A stretch of 64,000 nt of DNA from Bacteroidales bacterium UBA4814 (GCA_002402465.1 DHFW01000002.1:39027-103026); one strand, 5' to 3'. Shown: positions 46,303 through 56,016, numbered from the stretch's first letter. Made by a program: numbers and translations. The notes: generated by a model not told the origin, from the letters alone.

Positions 46303-47250
46303 ATGAAGGAGCAGGAAGAAGGACTGATCCCACCCGTAAGCAGGGATTTGTTGAAAGCAGAACTAACAAGGGAGCGATTTTTGCGAAATACCAACAATGC
46401 TTCCAACGAGATATACGTGGTCAATGCCAATAATTCGCCCAATGTTATGCGTGAAATCGGCAGGCTGCGTGAACTGTCGTTTCGTACGGCCGGAGGGGGT
46501 ACTGGCAAAGCCCTCGATATTGACCATTACGATACCGGTGCCAACCCTTATGAGCAGCTCATCGTTTGGGATCCGGCAGCCGAGGAAATACTGGGAGGCT
46601 ACCGCTATATCTTATGTAAAGATGCACCCATCGACAGCCTTGGGGTTCCAAAACTGGCCACCTCAGAATTGTTTCGCTTCTCCGAGAAGTTTCTTTCCGA
46701 ATATATGCCCTATACCATCGAACTGGGGCGGTCTTTTGTGCAGCCTGCCTATCAGCCGGCACGCGAAAACCGCAAAAGCATTTACTCACTCGATAATTTA
46801 TGGGATGGTCTGGGTGCGCTGATGGTCGATTACCCTGAAATGCGTTATTTTTTCGGAAAAGTAACCATGTACACCCATTTCAATATATACGCCCGCGATC
46901 TTATTTTGTATTTCCTGGGCCGGTTTTTCCCCGACCCCGACAAACTAGTTTTTCCCATTAATCCGATTCAACTAAAAACGCCGGTTGAAATACTGGAAAA
47001 GGTTTTTACTGCCGAAACCCTGGAGGACAACTACAAGCTTTTATCAAAAGAAGTAAGAAAACTCAAGGAGAACATACCGCCACTCATCAGCGCTTACAGT
47101 GCCCTGAGCTCCACCATGAAAACCTTTGGCACCGCTATTAACGAAGGATTCGGTGGCGTGGAAGAAACCGGAATACTGGTTACCTTGGGCGATATTTATG
47201 AGGGTAAAAAAGAGCGTTATGTCAGGAGTTATATCGAGTCGAAAAAATAG
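46303..47250 (+). CDS. GNAT-fold hemolysin-like N-acyltransferase (GlsB/OlsB-like)
   Basis: Start chosen at ATG 46303 (MKEQEEGLIPPV...). The sequence block GRLRELSFRTAGGGTGKALDIDHYD resembles OlsB-type amino-acid N-acyltransferases. Confidence 0.6.
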   Translation: MKEQEEGLIPPVSRDLLKAELTRERFLRNTNNASNEIYVVNANNSPNVMREIGRLRELSFRTAGGGTGKALDIDHYDTGANPYEQLIVWDPAAEEILGGYRYILCKDAPIDSLGVPKLATSELFRFSEKFLSEYMPYTIELGRSFVQPAYQPARENRKSIYSLDNLWDGLGALMVDYPEMRYFFGKVTMYTHFNIYARDLILYFLGRFFPDPDKLVFPINPIQLKTPVEILEKVFTAETLEDNYKLLSKEVRKLKENIPPLISAYSALSSTMKTFGTAINEGFGGVEETGILVTLGDIYEGKKERYVRSYIESKK

Positions 47251-47300
47251 AGCCAGGTTCTGATTGTTTGCCATCTGCCCCGCATTTTAATTGTTTTGAA

Positions 47301-47915
47301 ATGGTTATCCGCAAGGCCGAATTTATCAAAAGTTCACCTTCCATAAATGAATGTCCGGAAACGACTTTTCCGGAATATGCATTTATTGGTAGGTCTAATG
47401 TGGGCAAATCTTCGCTCATCAACATGATTACTGGCCATGGTAAACTGGCCAAAACCTCAGGCACACCGGGCAAAACCCAGCTCATCAATCATTTTCTGAT
47501 CAACGAATCCTGGTATCTGGCCGATCTGCCTGGTTTTGGCTTTGCCAAGGTGCCCTTAAGGATTAAGCGCAAGTGGGACAACATGATTCGCAACTTTTTG
47601 CTGAAACGTTCCAACTTGGTGTGCTCGTTTTTGCTTATCGACATCAGGCACGAACCCCTGGAAAACGACCTGGAGTTTATGGCCTGGATGGGCAGCCGGC
47701 AAATACCCTTTTACCTTGTTTTTACCAAGGCAGACAAGCTTACGCACAATAAGCGCCAGTCGGCCATTGCGCTATACATGAAAGTTTTGGCTGAACAATG
47801 GGAGCCTCTCCCCCCGTTTATTGTTACCAGCAGCGAGGCCGGCATTGGCCGCGGAGAGCTGCTCGCTCTGATCGAATCCTTTAACGGGGGTTTTGTGGCC
47901 GAGGGCCTGGGTTGA
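47301..47915 (+). CDS. engB: ribosome biogenesis GTP-binding protein YsxC/EngB
   Basis: G1 motif GRSNVGKSSLIN, G3 DLPGFG, G4 TKADK. ATG 47301 is preferred to the TTG at 47268. Confidence 0.88.
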   Translation: MVIRKAEFIKSSPSINECPETTFPEYAFIGRSNVGKSSLINMITGHGKLAKTSGTPGKTQLINHFLINESWYLADLPGFGFAKVPLRIKRKWDNMIRNFLLKRSNLVCSFLLIDIRHEPLENDLEFMAWMGSRQIPFYLVFTKADKLTHNKRQSAIALYMKVLAEQWEPLPPFIVTSSEAGIGRGELLALIESFNGGFVAEGLG

Positions 47916-48935
47916 TCAGGGCCTGAAACCAGAACGGTTCAGAATCTTCTGCGAATCATTTTCTCTTAACAAATCCTGCAGCCGCAATTCGGGGTTTCTT
48001 TTCATATATTCCCTTACTATTTGCCATCCAATAAAGGCCGCAGTTCGTGGTGGGGCATTTCGCGTGAATGGTGCCGTAAACGGGGCATCGCCAATAAACT
48101 TTATGATGATCTGGCGGTCGCTCGAATACAGCATTTCGTTTTCGATAAAATACGACCACACCCTACCAAGGTTGGCCTTAAGCCAGCGAAACTGTTCGCT
48201 GTTGTAAGCGATCTTCAGGGTGTCATGGTGCTGCGGCAGCATGCAGTCAAGAAAATACAACACCTTCCCTTCGTAAATCATAAAATCGAGAAAGTGCTCA
48301 GGCATGGCAGTAACCTCTTGTAAGTGCCGTTCGCCCAGCATTTTCATTACGTCGATGGCCACAAAAGGAGGCTGCATGCCAAAAGTCTGGTAAGCTGGTA
48401 CGCCAACTTTTGGATAATAATGATAGTCCTGACCAAGGTACATGTCGAGGCCTATTACCATGGTATTGTCGTAATACTTCACCGGGTAGTTGTAATCGAG
48501 CCCCGAGATGTAAGTGAAAATTGCAGGCAGGGGTTCACCAGGGTAATGATACCTGTAGTACCTGAAGGCCGTGGTAAGCTCTTTCTCCAGGTTTTCCACA
48601 TCGGGCCAAACCTCCTTTGTGTCGAGGTATAGTTCGCGGGTTTGCGGGTCGGTAATGTAATCGAACAATTGCTGCTGACCGGCTTCGGTGTTTATTTCAT
48701 CACCCAGGAAAATATAAAACTGGTCAATGTAAGGGTCAATATCGTCGCGCAGATTGTATGGGTTGAGGTTGAAAAGAACTTCCTCATATCGCCCAATAGA
48801 AACAGGATCGATGCTGATGTCCGATATATCGGCCTGGTAGTGAGGTTTTTTCCTAAAACCGCCACACGAGGAGAGGCCCAGGATTATTATTAACAAAAAG
48901 GTAAAAAGTGAGAGAAAGCGAGCTTTGATTTTCAT
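47916..48935 (-). CDS. gldB: gliding motility lipoprotein GldB-like
   Basis: Lipobox LGLSSCGG. The blocks ENEMLYSSD...FIGDAPFT and AAFIGWQIVREYMKRNP match my recollection of Flavobacterium johnsoniae GldB. Confidence 0.65.
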   Translation of the reverse strand: MKIKARFLSLFTFLLIIILGLSSCGGFRKKPHYQADISDISIDPVSIGRYEEVLFNLNPYNLRDDIDPYIDQFYIFLGDEINTEAGQQQLFDYITDPQTRELYLDTKEVWPDVENLEKELTTAFRYYRYHYPGEPLPAIFTYISGLDYNYPVKYYDNTMVIGLDMYLGQDYHYYPKVGVPAYQTFGMQPPFVAIDVMKMLGERHLQEVTAMPEHFLDFMIYEGKVLYFLDCMLPQHHDTLKIAYNSEQFRWLKANLGRVWSYFIENEMLYSSDRQIIIKFIGDAPFTAPFTRNAPPRTAAFIGWQIVREYMKRNPELRLQDLLRENDSQKILNRSGFRP

Positions 48936-49039
48936 GCTGGTAAATGGATGGTTGGTTTAAATGCCAAAACTAGTGTTTTGAAAGCGCAAAAAATAAAAAA
49001 TAATGGGTAATATTGTATGTAATTATAAATGTCAAAATT

Positions 49040-49708
49040 ATGAAAAAAATACTTTTAGCGATTTTATTGTTAGCTTTGCTGGCCCCAGCTGCCCTGGCTT
49101 TAGATATGGGAGGGTTTCGTTTTGGTTTGAAAGCATCGCCATCGCTGGCCTGGATGCGTCCGGAAACCAGTGGATATGAGCGGGATGGCATGCGTTTGGG
49201 CTTCTCATACGGCTTTATGAGCGATATTGAATTAGGCGATTTTTATGCCTTTTCAACCGGGTTGAATATTAATCTGATTGGTGGAAAACTTGAGTATGAA
49301 GACTTCAGAAATGACGACCGGGTATTAATTTCTCCCAGAAATTACAACCTGCAATACCTTGAAATTCCATTAACCCTAAAAATGCATACCCAGGAAATTG
49401 GTTACCTGACCTATTATGGCCGGTTTGGTTTTGGGGCCGGGATGAATCTTCGTTCAAAAGCCAAAGACAGTTACAATAATATTACCGAAGAACTGGACGA
49501 CATAAAAGGCGAAACCCGGTTTTTGCGTATTTCGCTTATTGTAGGTCTTGGAATAGAGTATTCGCTGGGTGGCAGTACTGCCCTGGTAGGCGGCCTTACT
49601 TTCAACAATGGCTTTACCAATGTGCTTAAAGGTACCAACGAAGCACTGAACCGCAAGCCCAGTGCTCTCAGCAATTTTCTGGAGCTTACCCTCGGTATAA
49701 TGTTTTAA
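49040..49708 (+). CDS. outer-membrane beta-barrel protein (PorT/OmpA-barrel-like family)
   Basis: Signal peptide MKKILLAILLLALLAPAALA, alternating beta-strand pattern, C-terminal aromatic residue (..LGIMF). ATG 49040 preferred. Confidence 0.65.
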   Translation: MKKILLAILLLALLAPAALALDMGGFRFGLKASPSLAWMRPETSGYERDGMRLGFSYGFMSDIELGDFYAFSTGLNINLIGGKLEYEDFRNDDRVLISPRNYNLQYLEIPLTLKMHTQEIGYLTYYGRFGFGAGMNLRSKAKDSYNNITEELDDIKGETRFLRISLIVGLGIEYSLGGSTALVGGLTFNNGFTNVLKGTNEALNRKPSALSNFLELTLGIMF

Positions 49709-49720
49709 AAATCTTTCCGG

Positions 49721-51367
49721 ATGAAAATAGCCCTAGCCCAGCTAAATTACATTATAGGGCATTTTGAGCATAATACAGGTTTAATGATCGATGCCCTGGC
49801 CCACGCTAAAAGCCGGGGCGTTGACTTAGTAGTGTTTTCTGAACTGTCGGTGTGTGGCTATCCGCCACGCGACTTGCTCGAAATGGACCTTTTTATTGAT
49901 TACTGCCAGGAGGCCGTTCAACAGGTTGCAGCTCACTGCCAGGGTGTTGCCGCCATTGTGGGCGCTCCCAGCCGCAATCCGGAATCATTTGGCAAGAGGC
50001 TGCTGAACTCGGCATTTCTTATAAACAATGGCACAGTGGAGGGGGTTTATCACAAAGGACTTCTGCCTACCTACGATGTGTTCGACGAATACCGCTACTT
50101 CGAGCCTGCCACTACTTTCAAAACCATCCCCTTTCGGGGAAAAAAAATTGCCCTGACCATTTGCGAAGACTTGTGGAACATCGAAGCGCCCCAGCTATAC
50201 CGCATAAGCCCAATGGATGAGCTTATGAAAGATAAGCCTGATTTAATGATCAATATCTCGGCCTCGCCTTTTGCCTGGAGCCACCTGGCTGATCGGCATT
50301 TTACCTTCAGCGAAAATGCCCGCAAATACCGTTTGCCCCTGTTTGTTTCCAACCAAATGGGTGGTCATACCGAACTGCTGTTCGACGGCAGGTCGGCCGC
50401 CTACAATCCGCAGGGTGGCATGGTGGGATGCATCGATTCCTTTGCCGGGGGGATTAAAGTTTTTGATCTGGATGAGGTAACAAAAAGCAATCTGCCGGCA
50501 ACGGTCTTGTCTTTAAGTGAAAGCGAAATAAACGACATCATTTTCCGGGCCCTGGTGTTTGGCATCAAGGAGTATTTTGGCAAGCTGGGGCTGAAAAAAG
50601 CCATCCTCGGTTTGTCGGGCGGGCTCGATTCGGCCCTAACCCTGGTGCTGGCTGCCGAGGCCCTTGGCCCTGAAAACTGCCGGGCGGTGCTGCTCCCGGG
50701 GCCATACAGCAGTGAGCATTCGGTGGCCGATGCCGAACATCTTGCGCGAAACCTGGGCGTTCTCTACCATACGATTTCAATTAACAAAACGGTGGATGCC
50801 CTGCAGCAATCGCTCGCCCCGCATTTTAAGGGAACCCAGCCCGGAATTGCCGAAGAAAACCTGCAGGCCAGGGCCAGGGCGGTCATCCTTATGGGGTTGG
50901 CCAATAAGTTTGGCTGCGTATTGCTCAATACCTCAAACAAAAGCGAAGCCGCCGTGGGTTATGGCACCCTTTACGGCGATATGTGCGGCGGGCTTGCCGT
51001 GATCGGCGATATTTACAAAACCGAAGCTTACAGCCTGGCGCGGTACATCAACCGCGAAAGGGAGGTGATTCCCGCAAATACCATCAACAAGCCCCCTTCG
51101 GCAGAGCTCAAGCCCGATCAGCGCGATACCGACTCCCTGCCACCTTACGAGATTCTGGATGATATCCTTCAAAAGTATATTGAGAAAAGAATGTCAGCTA
51201 CGCAGATTGCTGCCAGCGGACATGACCCTGAACTGGTAAAAAAGGTTTTGCGCATGGTTAATAATAACGAATACAAGCGGCATCAAACCCCGCCCATACT
51301 GCGGGTATCGAAAAAGGCATTTGGCAGCGGCCGCAAAATGCCATTGGTGGCCAGATTCCCGGAATAA
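49721..51367 (+). CDS. nadE: glutamine-dependent NAD+ synthase
   Basis: N-terminal CN-hydrolase domain (MKIALAQLN..., ICEDLW) and a PP-loop GLSGGLDSAL; 548 aa. Confidence 0.92.
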   Translation: MKIALAQLNYIIGHFEHNTGLMIDALAHAKSRGVDLVVFSELSVCGYPPRDLLEMDLFIDYCQEAVQQVAAHCQGVAAIVGAPSRNPESFGKRLLNSAFLINNGTVEGVYHKGLLPTYDVFDEYRYFEPATTFKTIPFRGKKIALTICEDLWNIEAPQLYRISPMDELMKDKPDLMINISASPFAWSHLADRHFTFSENARKYRLPLFVSNQMGGHTELLFDGRSAAYNPQGGMVGCIDSFAGGIKVFDLDEVTKSNLPATVLSLSESEINDIIFRALVFGIKEYFGKLGLKKAILGLSGGLDSALTLVLAAEALGPENCRAVLLPGPYSSEHSVADAEHLARNLGVLYHTISINKTVDALQQSLAPHFKGTQPGIAEENLQARARAVILMGLANKFGCVLLNTSNKSEAAVGYGTLYGDMCGGLAVIGDIYKTEAYSLARYINREREVIPANTINKPPSAELKPDQRDTDSLPPYEILDDILQKYIEKRMSATQIAASGHDPELVKKVLRMVNNNEYKRHQTPPILRVSKKAFGSGRKMPLVARFPE

Positions 51368-51368
51368 T

Positions 51369-51408
51369 AAGAGAGGCTGAAAGCACAAACTTTCAGCCTC
51401 TCTTTTAC
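51369..51408. terminator. bidirectional rho-independent terminator between convergent genes
   Basis: Perfect 15-bp stem AAGAGAGGCTGAAAG (51369-51383) / CTTTCAGCCTCTCTT (51390-51404), followed by a T-rich tail. Confidence 0.8.
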
Positions 51409-51420
51409 AGTTTCTAGTGC

Positions 51421-51660
51421 CTATACGGCTTCCACGCCCCTGATTTCGGGGATGGCCTTTTTCATGGCTTGTTCCACGCCGGTTTTCAGGGTCATAGTGC
51501 TCATGGGGCAGGAGCCGCATGCACCAAGCAATTCTACATTTACTACATTGTCTTCGGTTAATTCAACAAAGCGGATGTTGCCACCATCGGCCTGCAGATA
51601 AGGACGAATCTGGTCAATTACATTTTCCACTTTTTTAATCAATTCAGCATTCTGGTTCAT
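51421..51660 (-). CDS. NifU-family Fe-S cluster protein (NifU C-terminal domain)
   Basis: 79 aa with the GACGSCPMS CxxC motif. Confidence 0.85.
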   Translation of the reverse strand: MNQNAELIKKVENVIDQIRPYLQADGGNIRFVELTEDNVVNVELLGACGSCPMSTMTLKTGVEQAMKKAIPEIRGVEAV

Positions 51661-51696
51661 GGAAACGGGTTTTTTAATGGTTTATGAGATTTTTTT

Positions 51697-52794
51697 CTAA
51701 TGGGTTTTGTCAGGCTGCAAATCTTCTTTTTTCGCATTGGAAATGGAGATTTGCTGTGCCAGTCTTTGGGCCAACTGGTCAAAATAAGGTTTTGCCAGGC
51801 TTTGGTCGTTGAGGACTTCGGGCTTTCCGTTGTCGCCGGCTTCGCGAACCGATTGTATGAGGGGTATTTGCCCCAGCAATGGCAGGTTCATGGCTTCCGC
51901 CATTTTTTTCCCGCCTTCTTTTCCAAAAATGTAATACTTGTTCTCGGGTAGTTCGGCCGGAGTAAACCAGGCCATGTTTTCCACCACGCCCAGCACGGGA
52001 ACATTGATGTTTTCGTTTACAAACATACTTACCGCTTTGCGTGCATCGGCCAAGGCCACTTCCTGCGGTGTGGTAACGATTATGGCTCCGGTAAGTGGCA
52101 CGGTTTGCACCAGCGAAAGGTGTATGTCGCCCGTGCCCGGCGGCAAGTCAATGATCATGTAGTCGAGCTCGCCCCAGTCGGCATCGGTAAATAGTTGCTT
52201 CAATGCGCCCGAGGCCATGGGCCCGCGCCAAATTAGCGCCCGCGAAGCATCTACTAAGAAGCCAATGGAAAGCAGGGCCACACCGTATTTTTTTAGCGGA
52301 ACCACTTTGGTTTGCCCGCCCAGTTCCATTACTGAAAGTTGTTCATTCTGGGCTTCGAACATCAATGGAACGGAGGGCCCGTAAATGTCGGCATCCACCA
52401 GGGCGGTTTTCGCTCCGCTGCGAGCCAGGGTAATGGCCAGGTTGGCTGCAATGGTCGATTTACCCACGCCGCCCTTGCCGCTGGCCACCGCTACAATGTT
52501 TTTCACACCTTTTAGCAGGGGCTCCTCATTTTTGCGCGCACTGGTAACCTTGGCGGTGAGGTTCACAGAAACTTCTGCTTCCTTGCTAACCAGCTCGTGC
52601 ACGGCGCGGATGCAGGCATTCTTAATGCTCTCCTTTAGCGGGCAGGCCGGGGTGGTTAATACCACCGAGAAACGTACCTTGTTTCCTTCAATTTCCAGGT
52701 CGCGTATCATTCCAAGGCTTACCAGGTCTTTCTTAAGGTCGGGCTCAATAACCTGACTCAGTGCATTTAATACTTGTTCCGTAGTGATTTTCAC
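51697..52794 (-). CDS. Mrp/NBP35 (ApbC-type) iron-sulfur cluster carrier ATPase
   Basis: N-terminal DUF59-like domain, deviant Walker A ASGKGGVGKST, GTG start at 52794. Confidence 0.88.
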   Translation of the reverse strand: MKITTEQVLNALSQVIEPDLKKDLVSLGMIRDLEIEGNKVRFSVVLTTPACPLKESIKNACIRAVHELVSKEAEVSVNLTAKVTSARKNEEPLLKGVKNIVAVASGKGGVGKSTIAANLAITLARSGAKTALVDADIYGPSVPLMFEAQNEQLSVMELGGQTKVVPLKKYGVALLSIGFLVDASRALIWRGPMASGALKQLFTDADWGELDYMIIDLPPGTGDIHLSLVQTVPLTGAIIVTTPQEVALADARKAVSMFVNENINVPVLGVVENMAWFTPAELPENKYYIFGKEGGKKMAEAMNLPLLGQIPLIQSVREAGDNGKPEVLNDQSLAKPYFDQLAQRLAQQISISNAKKEDLQPDKTH

Positions 52795-52870
52795 GGTTAT
52801 CTTTATTTAGACTGTGTAAAAGTAATGCTTTTTTTGCGGCTGGGCAGAAAATGGGGGCAAAAAACGTACT

Positions 52871-53206
52871 TCAATACTTTAATTCGGAGGCAGGGTCCCA
52901 AAAGTGCTTTTTAAACTCCACGATTGTGTTGTTTTCCACCTTGATGCCTTCCGATTCCAGCAGTTGCTTCATTACGTTGGGCCCGCCAAAATGGTGTTTG
53001 CCGGTAAGTGTGCCGTTGCGGTTTACCACCCGGTGGGCCGGAATGTAATTTTTGTGGCTGTGAGAACTATTCATGGCCCATCCAACCATGCGCGAAGAGC
53101 CTGCGCTGCCCAGGTAACGGGCAATGGCACCATAGGAGGTAACTCGCCCGCAGGGAATCTGCCTTACTACCTCGTACACTTTTTCAAAAAAGGAAGGGTC
53201 AGCCAT
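52871..53206 (-). CDS. MGMT-family DNA-binding protein, alkyltransferase-like (active-site Cys replaced by Ala)
   Basis: 111 aa. Helix-turn-helix region VPCGRVTSYGAIARYLG. The motif IPAHRVV stands where methyltransferases have IPCHRVV. Confidence 0.75.
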   Translation of the reverse strand: MADPSFFEKVYEVVRQIPCGRVTSYGAIARYLGSAGSSRMVGWAMNSSHSHKNYIPAHRVVNRNGTLTGKHHFGGPNVMKQLLESEGIKVENNTIVEFKKHFWDPASELKY

Positions 53207-53885
53207 TTTGTTTGCTATTGAGCGAAAAACGGAGGTATTTTATGGGAATGCCCTTTGCCCGGTAAATGCTTTCGTAGTGCGTCTGTGTTTCCTTGATCAG
53301 GGGCTCATCTATATTGCCTTTTTCGTAAAGATCGGACGTATGGTAAATAAGCTGGTGGCCAAGTTGGTCAATAATTTCCAGGGTGTATTCAAACAGTTCG
53401 GTACTGTCAGTCTTTAAATGAATAGGGCTTCCCGGAGCCATTATGCGTTCGTAACGTTCAAGGAATTTTGGAGAAGTGAGCCGCTTCTTCTCTCGCGACT
53501 GCCTGAGCTGGGGGTCTGGAAAAGTAATCCAGATACCGGAAATCTCGTTTTGATCAAAAAAATAATTTATTCTTTCGGCCTGGATTCGCAAAAAAGTTGC
53601 ATTGGGAATTACTTCTTCCAGTGCTTGCCTGGCACCTTTCCAAAGGCGCTCACCCTTGATGTCGATACCAATAAAATTAATATTTGGAAACTTGCGGGCC
53701 AGCGCCACGGTGTATTCTCCTTTGCCGCAGCCTATTTCGAGCACAATGGGGTGCTGGTTTTTAAAATACGAAAGGTTCCACTTGCCCTTAAATGAATGAT
53801 CTTCGACCGGGTAACGGTCGTTGGGCTGAATCACGTTCGCAAAGGTTTCGATCTCAGCAAAGCGTTTCAGTTTCTTTTTTCCCAC
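53199..53885 (-). CDS. trmB: tRNA (guanine46-N7)-methyltransferase
   Basis: SAM motif VLEIGCGKGEY. N-terminus GKKKLKRFAEIETFANV. Probable GTG start at 53885 (the track uses TTG 53894). Confidence 0.85.
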   Translation of the reverse strand: MGKKKLKRFAEIETFANVIQPNDRYPVEDHSFKGKWNLSYFKNQHPIVLEIGCGKGEYTVALARKFPNINFIGIDIKGERLWKGARQALEEVIPNATFLRIQAERINYFFDQNEISGIWITFPDPQLRQSREKKRLTSPKFLERYERIMAPGSPIHLKTDSTELFEYTLEIIDQLGHQLIYHTSDLYEKGNIDEPLIKETQTHYESIYRAKGIPIKYLRFSLNSKQNG

Positions 53886-53913
53886 AGCAAACAAAAAAAG
53901 ATTTTATCAGCAA

Positions 53914-55062
53914 TTAGCGTGGAAGGATCCATGCGGTTGAATTGACTTCCTGCTGCACGCGCGGCAGGGCGGCTTCGGCCTCGGCCAAATCGTAATAAAA
54001 AGCATAGCTTACGCGGTGAAAGCCAGTGTTTGTTTTCATGAACACGCTTGCCTGGCTTGCGCCTTTGCCCCGGAGTTCCTCAACAAACCGGTTTGCCTGG
54101 GCTTCGTTCTGAAAAGCGCCCACCACAATGTGATAGGCTCTGCGGCCGGCCTCGGGCTGAGCGGGTGCTGCAGTAGTTGGCTGAGGAGTACTTGCCGGTT
54201 GGGAAACGGTTGCTGAAATGGCAGCCTCTTCTGTTTCGGGGCTTTGAGGCGGGGCCTCGGCGGGTTGCTCCTGGGCTGGAGCTGGTGCTGCGGTTTCAGT
54301 TTGTGGCCGGGCAGCCGGAGTCTGGCTCTTTTTTCCAAAGATAAAATTCCAGTTGAAGGCGAGGATGATCAGTATAACCAAAAAGGGAATGATAACCCAT
54401 GCCAGCCATTTGATGGCGGGGGGCAGTTCCTGCTTTACTGGTTCCTGGGCAGCTGGGACCGGGGCCGCAGGTTTGTTCGTTTCTTTTGTGGGTTTGGGCG
54501 CCGGCTCTGGAACAGCAGTTTGGGTCACCTCTTCCTTTACTTCGGGCTCGGGCTCCTCTGTTACCGGCTCGGGTGAAGGCGTTTCCATAATGGCGGGCTC
54601 TTCGGGCACTGGCGAGACCGGGGGTGGGGGCGAAGCCACCGGGCTAACCTTAGGAGGCTCGCTAATGGCACCCATGCCAACCGATTCGGCAAGATAGTTA
54701 ATTGATTTGTCGGCCTGGAAAGCAAACTGTCCTTCGGCATCCAGGCTGAAAACGCCAACCTTCTCCAGTTCCACTTGCTGACCCGAGTTAAGGGTTTCCC
54801 GAATCTCTGAAACAAACTCGTCAACGAACTTTTTAACATCTTCGGTATCCTTGTGCTCTTTTGCGGCAATATGCCCGATCAGGGGGGTGTCGCCTTCCTT
54901 TTTTGCGGCATCAAAGGCTATGATTTTCGAGGGAGATTCAATTTTTTTCTCTTCCGGGATAAAACGCGCCGGAATGTATTTTGTAGAAAACTCGCCAAAT
55001 CCTGGAAGGATCACATGTTCGTGGTCGAAAAGCAATTCGCTGATGTAGGTTCCGATTTTCAT
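53914..55062 (-). CDS. HU-like N-terminal domain / proline-rich linker / TM / C-terminal SPOR domain protein
   Basis: N-terminus ISELLFDHEHVILPGFGEFSTKY (HU-CCDC81-like), a P/E/A-rich linker, a TM (LAWVIIPFLVILIILAF), and a C-terminal SPOR-like YHIVVGAFQNEAQANRFVEELRGKG. Confidence 0.7.
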   Translation of the reverse strand: MKIGTYISELLFDHEHVILPGFGEFSTKYIPARFIPEEKKIESPSKIIAFDAAKKEGDTPLIGHIAAKEHKDTEDVKKFVDEFVSEIRETLNSGQQVELEKVGVFSLDAEGQFAFQADKSINYLAESVGMGAISEPPKVSPVASPPPPVSPVPEEPAIMETPSPEPVTEEPEPEVKEEVTQTAVPEPAPKPTKETNKPAAPVPAAQEPVKQELPPAIKWLAWVIIPFLVILIILAFNWNFIFGKKSQTPAARPQTETAAPAPAQEQPAEAPPQSPETEEAAISATVSQPASTPQPTTAAPAQPEAGRRAYHIVVGAFQNEAQANRFVEELRGKGASQASVFMKTNTGFHRVSYAFYYDLAEAEAALPRVQQEVNSTAWILPR

Positions 55063-55102
55063 AGGTGTGTTTTTTTCTGCTGTTACCAGTTTTTGCGGTT
55101 TT

Positions 55103-55147
55103 TGAAAAAACAGACTGGTTTACCTTCACGGCCCTTTGTAAACCAGT
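55103..55147 (-). terminator. rho-independent terminator downstream of kdsB
   Basis: Perfect 10-bp stem ACTGGTTTAC (55114-55123) / GTAAACCAGT (55138-55147). On the minus strand it is followed by CTGTTTTTTC. Confidence 0.7.
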
Positions 55148-55252
55148 TCTTTCATAAAACAGACAATGCGTTTTTTTAAAGGTCTAAATTAAGAAAAACT
55201 ATTTACAATATATAGATTCTACGCAAAATTGCAGGTAAAGTTACCCGGTATT

Positions 55253-56005
55253 TTACACCCATCCCGGGGGGACTTTTTTCAGGTCGTCGGGTGTATCAAT
55301 GCCTGGCGACAGGTGGTCGGTTTCGGCCAGCCTGATCTTAAAGCCGTTTTCGAGCCATCGGAGCTGCTCGAGCGATTCAGCTTTTTCGAGCGGACTCAGG
55401 GCCAGGCCAGCCAGCTGTTTTAAAACGCCGAAGCGGTAACCGTACATACCCACGTGACGGAAGTAGGTGTGGGCTTCGAACCAGTCTTCTTGCTGCCGCC
55501 CTCTTACATAGGGGAGAGGCCAACGGCTGAAATAAAGAGCCTGGCCATGCCGGTCGAAAACCACCTTCACAATGTTGTGATTAAAAAGATCGTGAGGGTC
55601 TTCAATTTTTTTCACCAGGGTTCCAATGCTGGTGCCGGTATCTCTGAACAGGAGAGCCAGGCGATCAATCTGTTCGGGCTGAATAAAGGGCTCATCGCCC
55701 TGGATGTTGATAATTACGTCTGCCGGGTCGGGTTCCAAGTTTCCGGGGAGCAATTTGGAGGCCTCCAGGCACCGGTCGGTGCCGCTTTGGTGGTGACTGC
55801 CCGTCATTACAGCCAAGCCAAAGCCTTGCACATGATCGAGAATTCGGGCATCGTCGGTGGCTACCACCACCTGGCTAAGCAAGGAGCATTTCGAGGCCTG
55901 CTCGTAAACCCGCTGTATCATCGTTTTGTTGCCGATCATGGCCAGGGGCTTGCCCGGGAAACGGGTGGAGGCGTAGCGGGCAGGTATGATGCCAAAAAAC
56001 TTCAT
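55253..56005 (-). CDS. kdsB: 3-deoxy-manno-octulosonate cytidylyltransferase
   Basis: N-terminus GIIPARYASTRFPGKPL, typical of KdsB; 250 aa. Confidence 0.9.
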   Translation of the reverse strand: MKFFGIIPARYASTRFPGKPLAMIGNKTMIQRVYEQASKCSLLSQVVVATDDARILDHVQGFGLAVMTGSHHQSGTDRCLEASKLLPGNLEPDPADVIINIQGDEPFIQPEQIDRLALLFRDTGTSIGTLVKKIEDPHDLFNHNIVKVVFDRHGQALYFSRWPLPYVRGRQQEDWFEAHTYFRHVGMYGYRFGVLKQLAGLALSPLEKAESLEQLRWLENGFKIRLAETDHLSPGIDTPDDLKKVPPGWV

Positions 56006-56016
56006 GCCCGTTCGTA

